Source of the DNA: a virus
Length of the DNA: 64,000 nt
Strand: one strand, 5' to 3'
IMG/VR virus record: IMGVR_UViG_3300023235_000015
Span: 1 to 64,000 of that record
This document shows positions 54,490-64,000 of the stretch, one piece after another. Position 1 is the first letter of the stretch. The number at the start of each line of letters is the position of its first letter. Below the pieces are notes generated by a model, which was given only the letters and a program-made list of their open reading frames with translations, did no database searches and had not been told where the DNA came from. The translations under genes and the position numbers were made by a program.

Positions 54490-57400
54490 TGGGTTTATTT
54501 GATAGAAAGAAGAAAGACAATTTAGCAGAAGATGGAACCTTAGACGAATCAGAAAATAAAAAACTAGGGGATAAGATTCGTAAGTCTAGAGATTACGCGC
54601 CTTCTAGTAGAATTCAGACTGACAATTATAAGTATTTTCAAGAAGCTCAATCAGCAATGCTTGGCGCTCCTTATGATGTAAGTAAGATTCCGATTGATGT
54701 TCTTACTCAGATGAAGTTTGATCCTATGATTATGTTTGCTGAACACTTTATTACGATGCCTTTACTTAGAGCGCGTTGGCATATTGAGTGTGTGGCGGAA
54801 GGTCAGCGCGTAATGATGCGTGATGGTACTCTTAAAAATATTGAATTTATCGAACCCGGTGACGAAGTTCTTTCTTCAAATGGTGAAATTGTTGATTATG
54901 ACACTGTAATTGATAAATGGAATTCTGGCAAGAAAGATATTCTTAAAATTACTTTAGAAAATGGAAGAACTATGCGTGTCTCTGGCGACCATAAAATTTG
55001 GGTATGGGATGAATGGATAGAAGCTAGAGATCTTACAGTTGGCGACCCAATTGCCACACCAAGAACTGCTTTATATGATGAAACTTCTAGCGCAAATCTA
55101 GATGATGCTTTCTTGCTTGCTCTTTGGCTTGCTGAGGGTTCTAAGCATAAACCTACTTATGAAGTTTCAAATCTATTAGAAGAAAATCGCGCCCGAGCCA
55201 GAGAGATTGCTGAAAAACGAGGATGGGATTTTACATTTAGAGATAGATACAAGTTTGCGATAACTAATGAGAGTAAGCGAAATGATAATACTCCCGTTAA
55301 TTTCTTACGCAAACACGAAGTATTTGATTTAAAGACAAAAGATATTTTTGTTCCAAATTTTATTAAGTCAGCTAGCAAAGAAGTTATTGCTGAATTCTTG
55401 GGCGAATATATCTCTTGTGATGGATGTGTTACACAGGATTCAGTTAGAGTAATCAGCACAAGCATTACAATGGCTAAAGATATTCAATTTCTGTTTAATA
55501 AACTAGGGATTAATTCTAGTATTCAAACTAAAGAAATCTTAAACGAAAATCATAATACTCAATATGTGGTTAATTCTGGTGGTAAAGAAAATATATCTAA
55601 GATTAAATCTCAAATTTATATTTATGGAAAGCAGAATAAGTTACTAGCTATTTCTGATGTTTCTAAAGAAACTGATAAATCTATTCCGGCTCAATATTAT
55701 GACGAAAAAGAGTTTGCGCTACCAGCTTATAGAGCAGAAGGATTTAACCCTAGAAAAAATAATTGGGGGTCTAGAAGAACTGCATTAGGCGTAGCCATTG
55801 TTGATAAAAACACAACACTAAGAAATAAAGTTGAAAGTTTAAATTATTCAGCGATTAAGTCAATTGAATCTGATGGAGCAGATGAGTGCTATGATATCAC
55901 TACTCTAAAACATCATGCCTTTTTCTTAGAAGGCGGTCTTACTCATAACTGTGAAGATGCTCAAGTAGCAGCTTTTGTTGATGCTGCATTACGTAAAGTT
56001 TATGCGTCATACTTATTAGAACGTTCTCAATCTCATATCTATGGTTTCAAGCCAATTGTAAAAAGATTCCAGTTAGAAAATCCAGATTGGAAATATCTTA
56101 ACCCCTCTGTATCAGACACTACTATTCCTGTATGGGATTCTAAGAATGTTGAAGCTAAAATCTTTAAGCATTTTGTAGGGCTACCATCTGATCCAGAAAT
56201 TTGTCAGCCTAGATTTAATGCTAAAGGTGAATTCAACGGCATTGAGTATACTCCACAAGTAGCAGGAGTGTCTAGCTTTCCATTTCAAAAAAGCAATTCT
56301 AGTAATGAGGAAGGCTATAGAAAAATTCCGGCCCACCTTTCACTTTGGGCTACTAACCAGCGCCACACAGTTGACGGGAGCCTTTGGGGATTTCCAAGAA
56401 TCGGGTATGCGTATAGATATTGGTTCTCATACTGGCTTAGATGGGCTATGTACGACAGATACTTTGAGCGTAAGAGTGATCCGCCCTACGTAGTTTATTA
56501 TCCAACTGATCCCGGCGAAGGGACAGAGGATGAAGATGGCGCTTCAATGAAAGCACACGCCTTACGCATTGGCGATGCTGCTAAATCTGGTGGCACAATT
56601 GCTCTACCCGGCGACTTTGTAACAGACTATGAAGGTAGAGTAACTGGTAACAGAGAGTGGGAAGTAAAAGAACTTGAAATTGCTGGCGACCTAACGCACT
56701 TTGTTGAATCATTTGAATACTTAGACAAAATGAAAGTAACATCACTACTAGTACCTGATAAGGCTATTCGTGGTGGCGACGATTCATCTGACGCTGAACA
56801 TACATTCAATATCTTCAAACAGTCAGAAGCCTCAGAAATGGAGCAGATTGATGATGAAATTAATCGCTTTATTATTCCTGACCTTATTGCTGCTAACTTC
56901 CCCGATAGGAATGTTACGGCACGAAAAGTAACTACCGGATTCGATGATGCCGACTTAGACACGATGATGGAAATTATCCGCGTTGTAGGTCAGACAGATC
57001 AGAACGCCTTAAAAGCAGTAGACTTTGATAGCATGTTAGATACAATTGGCATTCCTTCCATCAGTCACGATGAAATTGTAAGACGAGAGCAGGCTGTAAA
57101 AGATGAAATTGAAAGCTTTAAGCCTGACCCTATCGTTCCTATTCCCGGCGAACAAGCAGGAGTAGATGAAGAAGGGTTTTATATTCAGCCTAGAGAAAAG
57201 ATTATACTGTCAGAAGATAGTTCGTTTATTTCTAAGCTGCCGCCCACAAGACATTATAACGACGAGGAAGTACTTCAAAGTGCTAGAGAAATTCGCGCCA
57301 AGTGGAATGTAGCTTACAAGGATATTTATGATGATGTTGCTACGTTCTTATCTAGCGTAGAGTTATCAGAAGAACTTAAAGGAATTGATTTAGCAGACGA

Positions 57401-58148
57401 TGATCAGGCTAGCAAGTTAGCTTTCAAAATAATTTCTAAGTGGAACTTTAGTAAGAATAAAACTAAGAAGCTTATTGAAGATACTAAAACTTCTGTAAGA
57501 AATATTATTGCGCGGGCAGGTTCAAGAGAGCTAAGGCGGATTCGTACCGAAGATGATTGGAAAGTTGATTCTGAATCAGTCGCTACTTACTTAGAAGATC
57601 GCGGCCTTGAATATGTAAAGGCTATAGAAGATACTATAAGGGACGAAGTAGCTTCTTACTTAGCTCAACAGATTAGGGACGGCAAGAGCAATACTGAAAT
57701 TGCTGACGGAGTAAGGGAACACTTCTCAGATAGTTTTCCTGATTGGAAGGCTACGCGCCTTGTAAGATCAGAAGTAAGAAATGCTTACAACTTTGCTACA
57801 TTAGAAGCAGGACAGCAAGCAGGAATAAAAGTAGTACAAGCAAAAGACGCTCAGTTACCACAAGAAACGGATCAAGACTGTATAGATCGAAATGGCAATT
57901 TTTACTCAATACCACAAGCTTTAACAGAAAACCTAAAAGAACATCCTAACGGAACTTTAGAGTGGAAACTAATTCCAGACGTAAGTTCTGTATCAGAGGT
58001 TACTGTAGAAGCATCTGAAATTGAAGATGGCGGCATTGGCTACTTTGATAATATAACAAACACTATCTATCTAAATGAGGATGCAACTAAAGAGGAAGCT
58101 GAACAATTCAGAATTCTTCTAGGAGAAATCCTTAGCAATGATTCATAA
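54489..58148 (+). CDS. portal protein (DUF935-like) fused to a MuF/gp7 head morphogenesis domain, intein-containing
   Basis: Follows terL. YGF, YFER..DP, INRFIIPDLI.ANF, and C-terminal RLVRSE...C..RNG...EHPNG. Confidence 0.85.
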   Translation: MGLFDRKKKDNLAEDGTLDESENKKLGDKIRKSRDYAPSSRIQTDNYKYFQEAQSAMLGAPYDVSKIPIDVLTQMKFDPMIMFAEHFITMPLLRARWHIECVAEGQRVMMRDGTLKNIEFIEPGDEVLSSNGEIVDYDTVIDKWNSGKKDILKITLENGRTMRVSGDHKIWVWDEWIEARDLTVGDPIATPRTALYDETSSANLDDAFLLALWLAEGSKHKPTYEVSNLLEENRARAREIAEKRGWDFTFRDRYKFAITNESKRNDNTPVNFLRKHEVFDLKTKDIFVPNFIKSASKEVIAEFLGEYISCDGCVTQDSVRVISTSITMAKDIQFLFNKLGINSSIQTKEILNENHNTQYVVNSGGKENISKIKSQIYIYGKQNKLLAISDVSKETDKSIPAQYYDEKEFALPAYRAEGFNPRKNNWGSRRTALGVAIVDKNTTLRNKVESLNYSAIKSIESDGADECYDITTLKHHAFFLEGGLTHNCEDAQVAAFVDAALRKVYASYLLERSQSHIYGFKPIVKRFQLENPDWKYLNPSVSDTTIPVWDSKNVEAKIFKHFVGLPSDPEICQPRFNAKGEFNGIEYTPQVAGVSSFPFQKSNSSNEEGYRKIPAHLSLWATNQRHTVDGSLWGFPRIGYAYRYWFSYWLRWAMYDRYFERKSDPPYVVYYPTDPGEGTEDEDGASMKAHALRIGDAAKSGGTIALPGDFVTDYEGRVTGNREWEVKELEIAGDLTHFVESFEYLDKMKVTSLLVPDKAIRGGDDSSDAEHTFNIFKQSEASEMEQIDDEINRFIIPDLIAANFPDRNVTARKVTTGFDDADLDTMMEIIRVVGQTDQNALKAVDFDSMLDTIGIPSISHDEIVRREQAVKDEIESFKPDPIVPIPGEQAGVDEEGFYIQPREKIILSEDSSFISKLPPTRHYNDEEVLQSAREIRAKWNVAYKDIYDDVATFLSSVELSEELKGIDLADDDQASKLAFKIISKWNFSKNKTKKLIEDTKTSVRNIIARAGSRELRRIRTEDDWKVDSESVATYLEDRGLEYVKAIEDTIRDEVASYLAQQIRDGKSNTEIADGVREHFSDSFPDWKATRLVRSEVRNAYNFATLEAGQQAGIKVVQAKDAQLPQETDQDCIDRNGNFYSIPQALTENLKEHPNGTLEWKLIPDVSSVSEVTVEASEIEDGGIGYFDNITNTIYLNEDATKEEAEQFRILLGEILSNDS
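54789..55949 (+). mobile_element. intein (387 aa, LAGLIDADG) in portal
   Basis: CVAEGQRVMMRDG...SGDHK...LWLAEGS...EYISCDG...CYDIT...LTHN|C. Confidence 0.93.
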
Positions 58149-58166
58149 TGGAAACAAAACCTAAAC

Positions 58167-58328
58167 ATGCAGTTCAAACCCACAAGGGACGGAGCCTTAT
58201 TTATAATAGGGCTATTAGGGATAATAAACGAAGCAGTATTACAGCAAGTACCCGATCCACAACTTCTAGTCCTGTTCGCAGCGATGGTTGGACTACCAGC
58301 GTTTCTGGCAAAGGATCGTCAAGATTAA
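58167..58328 (+). CDS. small two-TM membrane protein (holin-like)
   Basis: MQFKPTRDGALFIIGLLGIINEAVLQQVPDPQLLVLFAAMVGLPAFLAKDRQD, in a different frame from the track ORF at 58148. Confidence 0.65.
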   Translation: MQFKPTRDGALFIIGLLGIINEAVLQQVPDPQLLVLFAAMVGLPAFLAKDRQD

Positions 58329-58433
58329 TTACTGCTATGATAATCAAAAATTATTTAGAACAAAACTACAAATGGACTACACCTTATATAACGCTTGTTG
58401 CGACGATAATAATTACAATAGGAATTTTTTAAA

Positions 58434-58751
58434 ATGAATAAACTTATACACAAAAATAATTTTTGGCCCATAGTTTCTTATGTATTTTTAGTCGCTGTAC
58501 TTTTGTTTGCTTTGAATGTTGCTAGAAATGACACAACAAACCTTTTATTAGAAAATCAATTAAGCTCATGCGAAAGAGGAAATGTAATTAGAGAAGTATT
58601 ATTTGCTACCATTGTACAGGCCGCAGAGTCTAACCCTACAGAAGCATACGCTGAACAAGTAAGGATTATGCAATCAACTTTGCACACTAATCAAGAAACA
58701 GGAGTGGTAGATTGTCGTAAAACAATAAAGGGGTTTGATTCAAGTGAATAA
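58434..58751 (+). CDS. membrane-anchored protein, CxRxN family paralog 1
   Basis: N-terminal TM, SCERGN and VDCRK. Confidence 0.6.
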   Translation: MNKLIHKNNFWPIVSYVFLVAVLLFALNVARNDTTNLLLENQLSSCERGNVIREVLFATIVQAAESNPTEAYAEQVRIMQSTLHTNQETGVVDCRKTIKGFDSSE

Positions 58752-59066
58752 AACTATAAAAGATATTTATAATAAAGCTATTAAAAATCATTATTTATTA
58801 GTTTATATTTTTTCATAGTAATAGTTTTGCTTTCTTTGAACTATGTACAAACTCAAAACATTACTCAGATTCAGGCACAAACAGATGAAAATGTAGCTGC
58901 TCTTTATCAAAGTCAAATAGCTGAATGTCAAAGAGGCAACGATGTTTTGAGAGCGACTTTAACGCAACTAGATTTAAATATAAAAGACAGTAATTTTATA
59001 GTTCATTGTAGAAAAACTGTAATAAAACCTAAGAGCTTACAAGATTTAATAAATGATGCCAAATAA
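58744..59066 (+). pseudogene. membrane-anchored paralog 2, frameshifted at a T6 tract
   Basis: GTG 58744 frame stops at 58816-58818. The -1 frame continues FFIVIVLL...ECQRGN...VHCRK. Confidence 0.55.
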
Positions 59067-59394
59067 AATAAGTAGTTATTTAAAAGCTTCATCAACACGA
59101 CTACATACTATTGTTTATATATTTTTTGTTATTGTAGTTCTCTTTACTTTGCATACAGTTCAGAGCAATACTATTAAAAAAATAGAAAGAGCCGACTCTC
59201 AGGTTGCTAGCGCAATTTATAAAGGTCAAATAAATGAATGTAATAGGGCAAATGCTATTCTTATAAGTAGCATAAAACAACAAAAAGAATTTGGCATTAC
59301 ATTAAATTACGATAGTTTTATTGTAAATTGTAATAAAGTTATTGATAAACCCACAACAGTAGAAGATATTAACAAAGGAAGATATATACCATGA
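59053..59394 (+). CDS. membrane-anchored paralog 3
   Basis: TM VYIFFVIVVLF, ECNRAN and VNCNK. Confidence 0.6.
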   Translation: MMPNKISSYLKASSTRLHTIVYIFFVIVVLFTLHTVQSNTIKKIERADSQVASAIYKGQINECNRANAILISSIKQQKEFGITLNYDSFIVNCNKVIDKPTTVEDINKGRYIP

Positions 59395-60209
59395 ATAAAG
59401 TTTTTTCTCTAAACAGAAAAGACCTCAATACTTTAAATTTAGCTAACGTCAAAATTGATGTAGAATCTGGTAACCCTTACCGTAATGCTGGTACAGGTAA
59501 GTTTGGGTTTGAGTTACCCGGCGTTTCTATTCTTATGGGAAAAAGTTTTTTAAAGGGAATGAACACAGAAGCTAAGAATGCTTTAGCTAATAGAGTAAAG
59601 ATAACTAACGCTAGACAAATGGGTATTAGGCAGGACGAATCAACTGGAGAGCTTATAGTCGTCCTAGCCAACGATGGGCGAATCATAGACTCCTTCACCT
59701 TGCCCCCTCCCGACCCCGTAGAGGGCAATTCACCAGATACAGGACCAGAGACACAGGGAGAGCGTGGAAAGCCTTACGAGGCCGCATTTGACCAGTCCGA
59801 TGAGATACTTAGGGACGCAATTTTAGATGCGGCACGAAACTTAAATCTTGGGGAAGAACAAGTAATAGCCGCAGTAGAAGCTCGTATTGGCCGTGAGCTA
59901 ACTGACGCTGAGAAATTTCAGCTAGGAGAAGAAATTACGCGCCAACGTATTGAAGATTTGGTTCAATACCTGTACTCTAACAGTACGGACGAAAATACTG
60001 ATGGCATAGTACGCATTAGAACGCCTAGAGGTTACCTTAGACGAACGTTCGCAGGACTTGACAAGGTACAGGCTGAAAAGGTTCTAAACCGCCTAAAGGC
60101 TATGGGCCTAGACGATGAGACTATTGACAATAAAATAATTTCAGGTATGTCTAAGAAGCTAAAAAAAGAATTAGGCTATGTAAAGGAAGAACAAAAAAAT
60201 GAAGGATGA
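59391..60209 (+). CDS. hypothetical protein
   Basis: Long ORF with GNPYR.AGTGKF motif. Confidence 0.6.
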   Translation: MNKVFSLNRKDLNTLNLANVKIDVESGNPYRNAGTGKFGFELPGVSILMGKSFLKGMNTEAKNALANRVKITNARQMGIRQDESTGELIVVLANDGRIIDSFTLPPPDPVEGNSPDTGPETQGERGKPYEAAFDQSDEILRDAILDAARNLNLGEEQVIAAVEARIGRELTDAEKFQLGEEITRQRIEDLVQYLYSNSTDENTDGIVRIRTPRGYLRRTFAGLDKVQAEKVLNRLKAMGLDDETIDNKIISGMSKKLKKELGYVKEEQKNEG

Positions 60210-60628
60210 TATTAGTGGAAGCTAAGTTAACTCCACAACAAGAGGGAGTAGAGTTTGAAAAAAGATTTGCTGCTAAATTTAAAGGCGCATTAGTCCCTAG
60301 AAGTGGCGCGGGAATTTATCACAAACTTGATGTTAGGGACAGCAAATTTCTTTGGAGCTTAAAGTATACATCTAAGAAATCGTTTAGCATTACACAAAAA
60401 ATTTGGGATGAAGTACACGATGAGGTTTATGGGCCGGGAGGATTAGGGCTTGACTTCATGCCGGGATTAGCCATTGAGCTAGAGGGGGAGACATACGCCT
60501 TTCTAAAGATGGATGATCTTGTAGACCTACTAGAGAGTGACGTAAAGGTATTCAAAGCAGATAAGAAAACTGAGAAACGCGCTCTAGCGGCAGTTCCTAG
60601 ATTACTTAGAACTCAACAAGAAGATTAG
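60206..60628 (+). CDS. PD-(D/E)XK-fold Holliday-resolvase-like protein
   Basis: G..FEKR.A......VP.SGAG...K.DV.....SLK.T..KSFSI. The usual ExK reads SLK. Confidence 0.6.
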   Translation: MILVEAKLTPQQEGVEFEKRFAAKFKGALVPRSGAGIYHKLDVRDSKFLWSLKYTSKKSFSITQKIWDEVHDEVYGPGGLGLDFMPGLAIELEGETYAFLKMDDLVDLLESDVKVFKADKKTEKRALAAVPRLLRTQQED

Positions 60629-60761
60629 AAACACAAACTTGAGCGACCTAATCTATTCCGCCCGACAAGGGATTAGATAACGCTCTTGCATCAACTGCTT
60701 ATAACATAATAATAGACTAGGATTCCTTCTCCTGACTATTAGCAAAGCAGACAGATGCAAT

Positions 60762-60804
60762 AAAAAAGCCCCGGTTCACTATGCCTAAAGTGACCGGGGC
60801 TTTT
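60762..60804. terminator. bidirectional intrinsic terminator
   Basis: AAAAAAGCCCCGGTTCACT...AGTGACCGGGGCTTTT between convergent operons. Confidence 0.88.
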
Positions 60805-60821
60805 CCTTTCTATGTCAAATA

Positions 60822-61292
60822 TTACTTTACTTTCTGCTGCTTTTTTAGGTAAGCGATACCTTCATCAAATGCTCTGAGAGTTTCCTTGTGAGCTTTGTTA
60901 CGTGATCCTTGATCATTGATTTCCTGAATATTATCTAATTCAAAAGGCCATTCAAATTGTTCCTCGCCCCAATAATCATCATCATCTGGCGGCGCGTTTT
61001 CATATGCGTCGTCATTGATATGCCCTAGAGAACGATTTAGGGAGTTAATAGCAATTGATCCATCAATGATGGTATCCGCCGCCAGATAAATAGCTCCTTC
61101 CGCACACACTCTACATACCTTATCTTCTAGTGAACACGCAAACCGTTCTTCAATCACTTTTAGCTCATTATAATCACTTGGATTATCAGAGTAGTCTAGT
61201 CCTTCTGTAATGCTCTTTTCCTTTACTGTACCACCATCAAACCAACTACCCTGTACCCAATACTGCTTGTCAGAGATAATGTCACGCGCCAC
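60822..61292 (-). CDS. hypothetical protein
   Basis: W.QG...C..GAI...ND...H...L..FD..I pattern typical of small phage proteins. The start may lie further upstream. Confidence 0.55.
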   Translation of the reverse strand: MARDIISDKQYWVQGSWFDGGTVKEKSITEGLDYSDNPSDYNELKVIEERFACSLEDKVCRVCAEGAIYLAADTIIDGSIAINSLNRSLGHINDDAYENAPPDDDDYWGEEQFEWPFELDNIQEINDQGSRNKAHKETLRAFDEGIAYLKKQQKVK

Positions 61293-61543
61293 TTCAAGTG
61301 TAGCTAGAACCCGAGTCTGTTCTTTACGCTTACCCTTAATAAATGAACGTCCCTTAGAGACTAGACCAGCTAGCTTCTTGCTGCTTGTGCTTTTGTCTGC
61401 TTAATCATAATACCTTTCTTAGTTATCGTATCTGTCTATTAGTTCTAACAATTTTTATGACGGCCAAAACAATCCTGAAATAAATCCTGAAATAAACACA
61501 ATCAGGAACAGCGTAAAATAATAAGTATCTACTTTATTAAGCA

Positions 61544-61807
61544 TTAATTACCTCCATTTTTTTGTGTTGGATAAATAATAAAATCGTGGCCCATATTATC
61601 CCAACCAATAGTCATATCAGTCGCTCTAATACCAACTTGAATATCCTCTACCACAATAGACGGCCCGCTGTAAAACCATCTACCATTGTAATGAATAGGC
61701 TCGTATCCATTAGACTTTACATCACTAATAAATCGCTTGTAGTTTTCATCTTCATAGTCGTCAACATTTACAATTTTATCGCCATCTTCATTTAACTCAT
61801 CAGTCAT
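61544..61807 (-). CDS. hypothetical protein
   Basis: HYNGRWFYSGP...DNMG...IIYP. Confidence 0.6.
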   Translation of the reverse strand: MTDELNEDGDKIVNVDDYEDENYKRFISDVKSNGYEPIHYNGRWFYSGPSIVVEDIQVGIRATDMTIGWDNMGHDFIIYPTQKNGGN

Positions 61808-62189
61808 TATATTCCTTTAGAAAGTTGCCCTCAATCATATCAGCAATATCATTAAAGCTTGCTTGCTGTCCATCATTCCAATTAGAAGCAGAATGAGCTT
61901 CCTCGCCATTTTCGCTTACTAGCATGGGATCATGTTGATTAGCTTTTAGCCCTAGCCAATCAACAACTACACTAGGCAAAGCTGTAGAATAAAAATCCTC
62001 CTCTGTACCAAATCTGTCAGATGTTTCCCATCTATAATCGTCTGTTAGGTCGCCTGACTTTAGAGCAATATCACAAGCAACTCCTAGACAACAGTATTTT
62101 TCATTAATTCTAAGAGCGCCGTCAATCTGCTCATAGTCACCAGACCTTAGAGCTTTTACCCATTCTTGAATGTTGTTTTTGTTAACCAT
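61800..62189 (-). CDS. hypothetical protein
   Basis: SD AGGAG before MVNKNN, WVKALRSG.Y.Q...YCCLGVAC...ND....F..IAD.IE. Confidence 0.65.
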   Translation of the reverse strand: MVNKNNIQEWVKALRSGDYEQIDGALRINEKYCCLGVACDIALKSGDLTDDYRWETSDRFGTEEDFYSTALPSVVVDWLGLKANQHDPMLVSENGEEAHSASNWNDGQQASFNDIADMIEGNFLKEYND

Positions 62190-62526
62190 TATTCTCCTTA
62201 TCCAACCAGCTAGCGTTTGTAATATTTTCATTATCACTAATAAAGAATTGTAGGGTTCCCTTAACTGAAGCGGCGGGCGCAATACCTAGAGTAATTTCAG
62301 GCCCATAGTTTATTCTAATTTCTCTAAGAGAAGTAAGTATAATACTTGTTGGCCTACAGTTATCAATCAGTTCTCTAGCAATATCAGCAGTTAATCTTTT
62401 TTCATCAGTATCTAATTCGTAAGTTACTTCTGAATGTTGTTTTGGTTTAGACTTTACGTACGTTGTTTCAAAAGGCATTATTTTTTCTTTCATTTTTTTT
62501 ATAAATTTAGTTTGAATTAGAATCAC
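62182..62526 (-). CDS. hypothetical protein
   Basis: ORF in the leftward operon. True start probably near 62478. Confidence 0.45.
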   Translation of the reverse strand: MILIQTKFIKKMKEKIMPFETTYVKSKPKQHSEVTYELDTDEKRLTADIARELIDNCRPTSIILTSLREIRINYGPEITLGIAPAASVKGTLQFFISDNENITNASWLDKENNG

Positions 62527-62710
62527 GTTGCTTCATACCCAAGCCACCAGCAGTACCTAATTCAACTTTAGAATATATTTTCATACCCGAGTAGTAACGA
62601 ACAGACTTCTTGTTACACTTAGGGCAAGTTACCTCACTAGGTATCTTATCATGACTGCAAGCAATTTCCGTTATGTGATTATTGATACATAAAAAATCAT
62701 AACGCGGCAT
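62507..62710 (-). CDS. FmdB-like zinc ribbon protein
   Basis: MPRYDFLC...H......CPKC......R.YS. Confidence 0.75.
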   Translation of the reverse strand: MPRYDFLCINNHITEIACSHDKIPSEVTCPKCNKKSVRYYSGMKIYSKVELGTAGGLGMKQRDSNSN

Positions 62711-63077
62711 ACAGATTCACAAATTCCTCATAGGTATGTTCCGCGCCATCTGGTGTTTCTACTCTCTGCTTATCGCCAGAGTAACCAGCGTACAGTTCAA
62801 TGTCAGTAGCGGTACTGCTATCCTGATAGTTCCTAGAAATACCAATACCAGTCTCACCCTCAATATCGCCCTTTACGAACTCGCTGATGATGATTCTGAT
62901 TAGATAAGACGGATCACTCCATCTACTCTTACCGCGCTTTAGAGCGTTGGCTAGAGTATTTTCAATATTGTATCCACCCCAATGAGTGTATAGGTGGATT
63001 GGCTTATCAAAATAACTAAGCTCTCCATTTTCATAATACTCTTCAAAAATAAGTACCTGTGCTCTGTCTCCCATCAC
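62697..63077 (-). CDS. hypothetical protein
   Basis: MGDRA...LYTHWGG...RWSDPSYL.RII...ETG.GI. Confidence 0.65.
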   Translation of the reverse strand: MMGDRAQVLIFEEYYENGELSYFDKPIHLYTHWGGYNIENTLANALKRGKSRWSDPSYLIRIIISEFVKGDIEGETGIGISRNYQDSSTATDIELYAGYSGDKQRVETPDGAEHTYEEFVNLYAAL

Positions 63078-63349
63078 TGCTCCTTATCTACGTATACTGT
63101 TTCTATTTGAATATGGGTATCTACATCTTCATCTAGCACCCTGTACGGGCCGAAGATTTTAATTACTTCTTCTGCTTTTGTATTCCAATTAGTATCAATG
63201 TAGCCAACCATTAAAGTACGAGGTTTATCGCCACTATACGTTTTTACAGCTTCCTGTGGTGAGTCAGCTTCAATATGTTCACCATCCCAATGATTAAAAA
63301 GTTTTTCTCCAAAATCTTCCTGAAGGGAAAATAGCATATACTTACTCAT
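63074..63349 (-). CDS. hypothetical protein
   Basis: SD AAGGA, coupled ORF. Confidence 0.55.
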   Translation of the reverse strand: MSKYMLFSLQEDFGEKLFNHWDGEHIEADSPQEAVKTYSGDKPRTLMVGYIDTNWNTKAEEVIKIFGPYRVLDEDVDTHIQIETVYVDKEQ

Positions 63350-63360
63350 AAACTTCCTTT

Positions 63361-63762
63361 CTAACTATAACTTGATGATATAAGCCAAGTGGGATTTTCC
63401 CACTTAACAATTTCTTTTTCTTTAGCCCATCTATTACAAATTTGTATTTCTTGTGGTGTAGGGCCAAGAATACTATTTGTAAAACTAGAAGTACCTTTTT
63501 CTAGTTTTTCTGCTACCTGATAATTACTCCAATAATAACCTTTTACAGCTAGTCCATAGTAAAACCATCCATCCCCACCCTGAGAAACTAGCTGAAACGG
63601 ACAATCTTGTTCTAATTCTAAATTATAAGCATAATCGCTAAAGCTGCCATATTTTTCTTCCATAGCTTCAAATTCTTCATATGGTTTTTCTCCAAACCAA
63701 CTATCCCACCAGTCATCGCCAGCTATTCCATAAAATAAAATACCACTAGCACTACTACCCAT
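63361..63762 (-). CDS. hypothetical protein
   Basis: SD GGAG before MGSSASGILFYG. Confidence 0.55.
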   Translation of the reverse strand: MGSSASGILFYGIAGDDWWDSWFGEKPYEEFEAMEEKYGSFSDYAYNLELEQDCPFQLVSQGGDGWFYYGLAVKGYYWSNYQVAEKLEKGTSSFTNSILGPTPQEIQICNRWAKEKEIVKWENPTWLISSSYS

Positions 63763-64000
63763 TATATTCAACTCCAAACCATTCTGAAATATCGTTTTGA
63801 AAATTCTCGCTAATGTATCGCACATCGTCTAAGATAATCTTTGTCATTACTCTATTGCCACGATGATCATATAGAGGGTAGGCTGTACGTAGAACGTAGC
63901 CCTCAATCTCTTTATTGCCAACGTGGTCATGTAGTATAGCAGGTTCTCCCTCGTCTGCTAGGTCAATGGCAAGTAGCATATCTGAGATTACGTTAGGGAT
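63755..64000 (-). CDS. hypothetical protein (5' partial)
   Basis: ORF runs to the window edge. Confidence 0.45.
   Translation of the reverse strand: MPNVISDMLLAIDLADEGEPAILHDHVGNKEIEGYVLRTAYPLYDHRGNRVMTKIILDDVRYISENFQNDISEWFGVEYNG

Noticed and set aside
58148-58432. 94-aa track ORF after portal
   Set aside because: An overlapping frame (58167-58328) gives a convincing two-TM protein. Only the last ~31 codons of the track ORF may be real.

Overview
A 64-kb segment of a large, AT-rich tailed (siphovirus-like) bacteriophage genome. 1-19.9 kb (+): head-tail connector and tail module, with major tail protein, frameshifted tail chaperones, a 3053-aa tape measure carrying muralytic domains, tail fibre and Dit/Tal. 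20.0-21.4 kb: SF2 helicase. 21.4-26.1 kb (-): a dense RNA-gene array, read by hand, with 26 cloverleaf tRNAs covering all 20 amino acids, a phage-encoded RNase P RNA (rnpB-like ribozyme with a covarying P4), a 78-nt tmRNA-like RNA lacking any tag-coding domain, a rearranged tRNA-Ile(UAU)-like RNA, tRNA fragments and three HNH genes. 26.2-33.8 kb (-): intein-containing class II ribonucleotide reductase and a four-glycosyltransferase/methyltransferase cluster. 33.9-34.3 kb: divergent promoters around a ~300-nt structured non-coding region. 34.3-60.6 kb (+): dUTPase, DnaB, primase, SSB, a DnaE split in two by an HNH gene, RecA, Cas4-like nuclease (intein), ThyX, two DNA methyltransferases, RuvC, terminase, portal-MuF fusion (intein) and membrane proteins. 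60.8-64 kb (-): small early-type genes. The main candidate for a new system is the RNA module of tRNA array + RNase P RNA + tagless mini-tmRNA + tRNA mimics. All calls come from motif recognition by eye. No database searches or folding programs were run.
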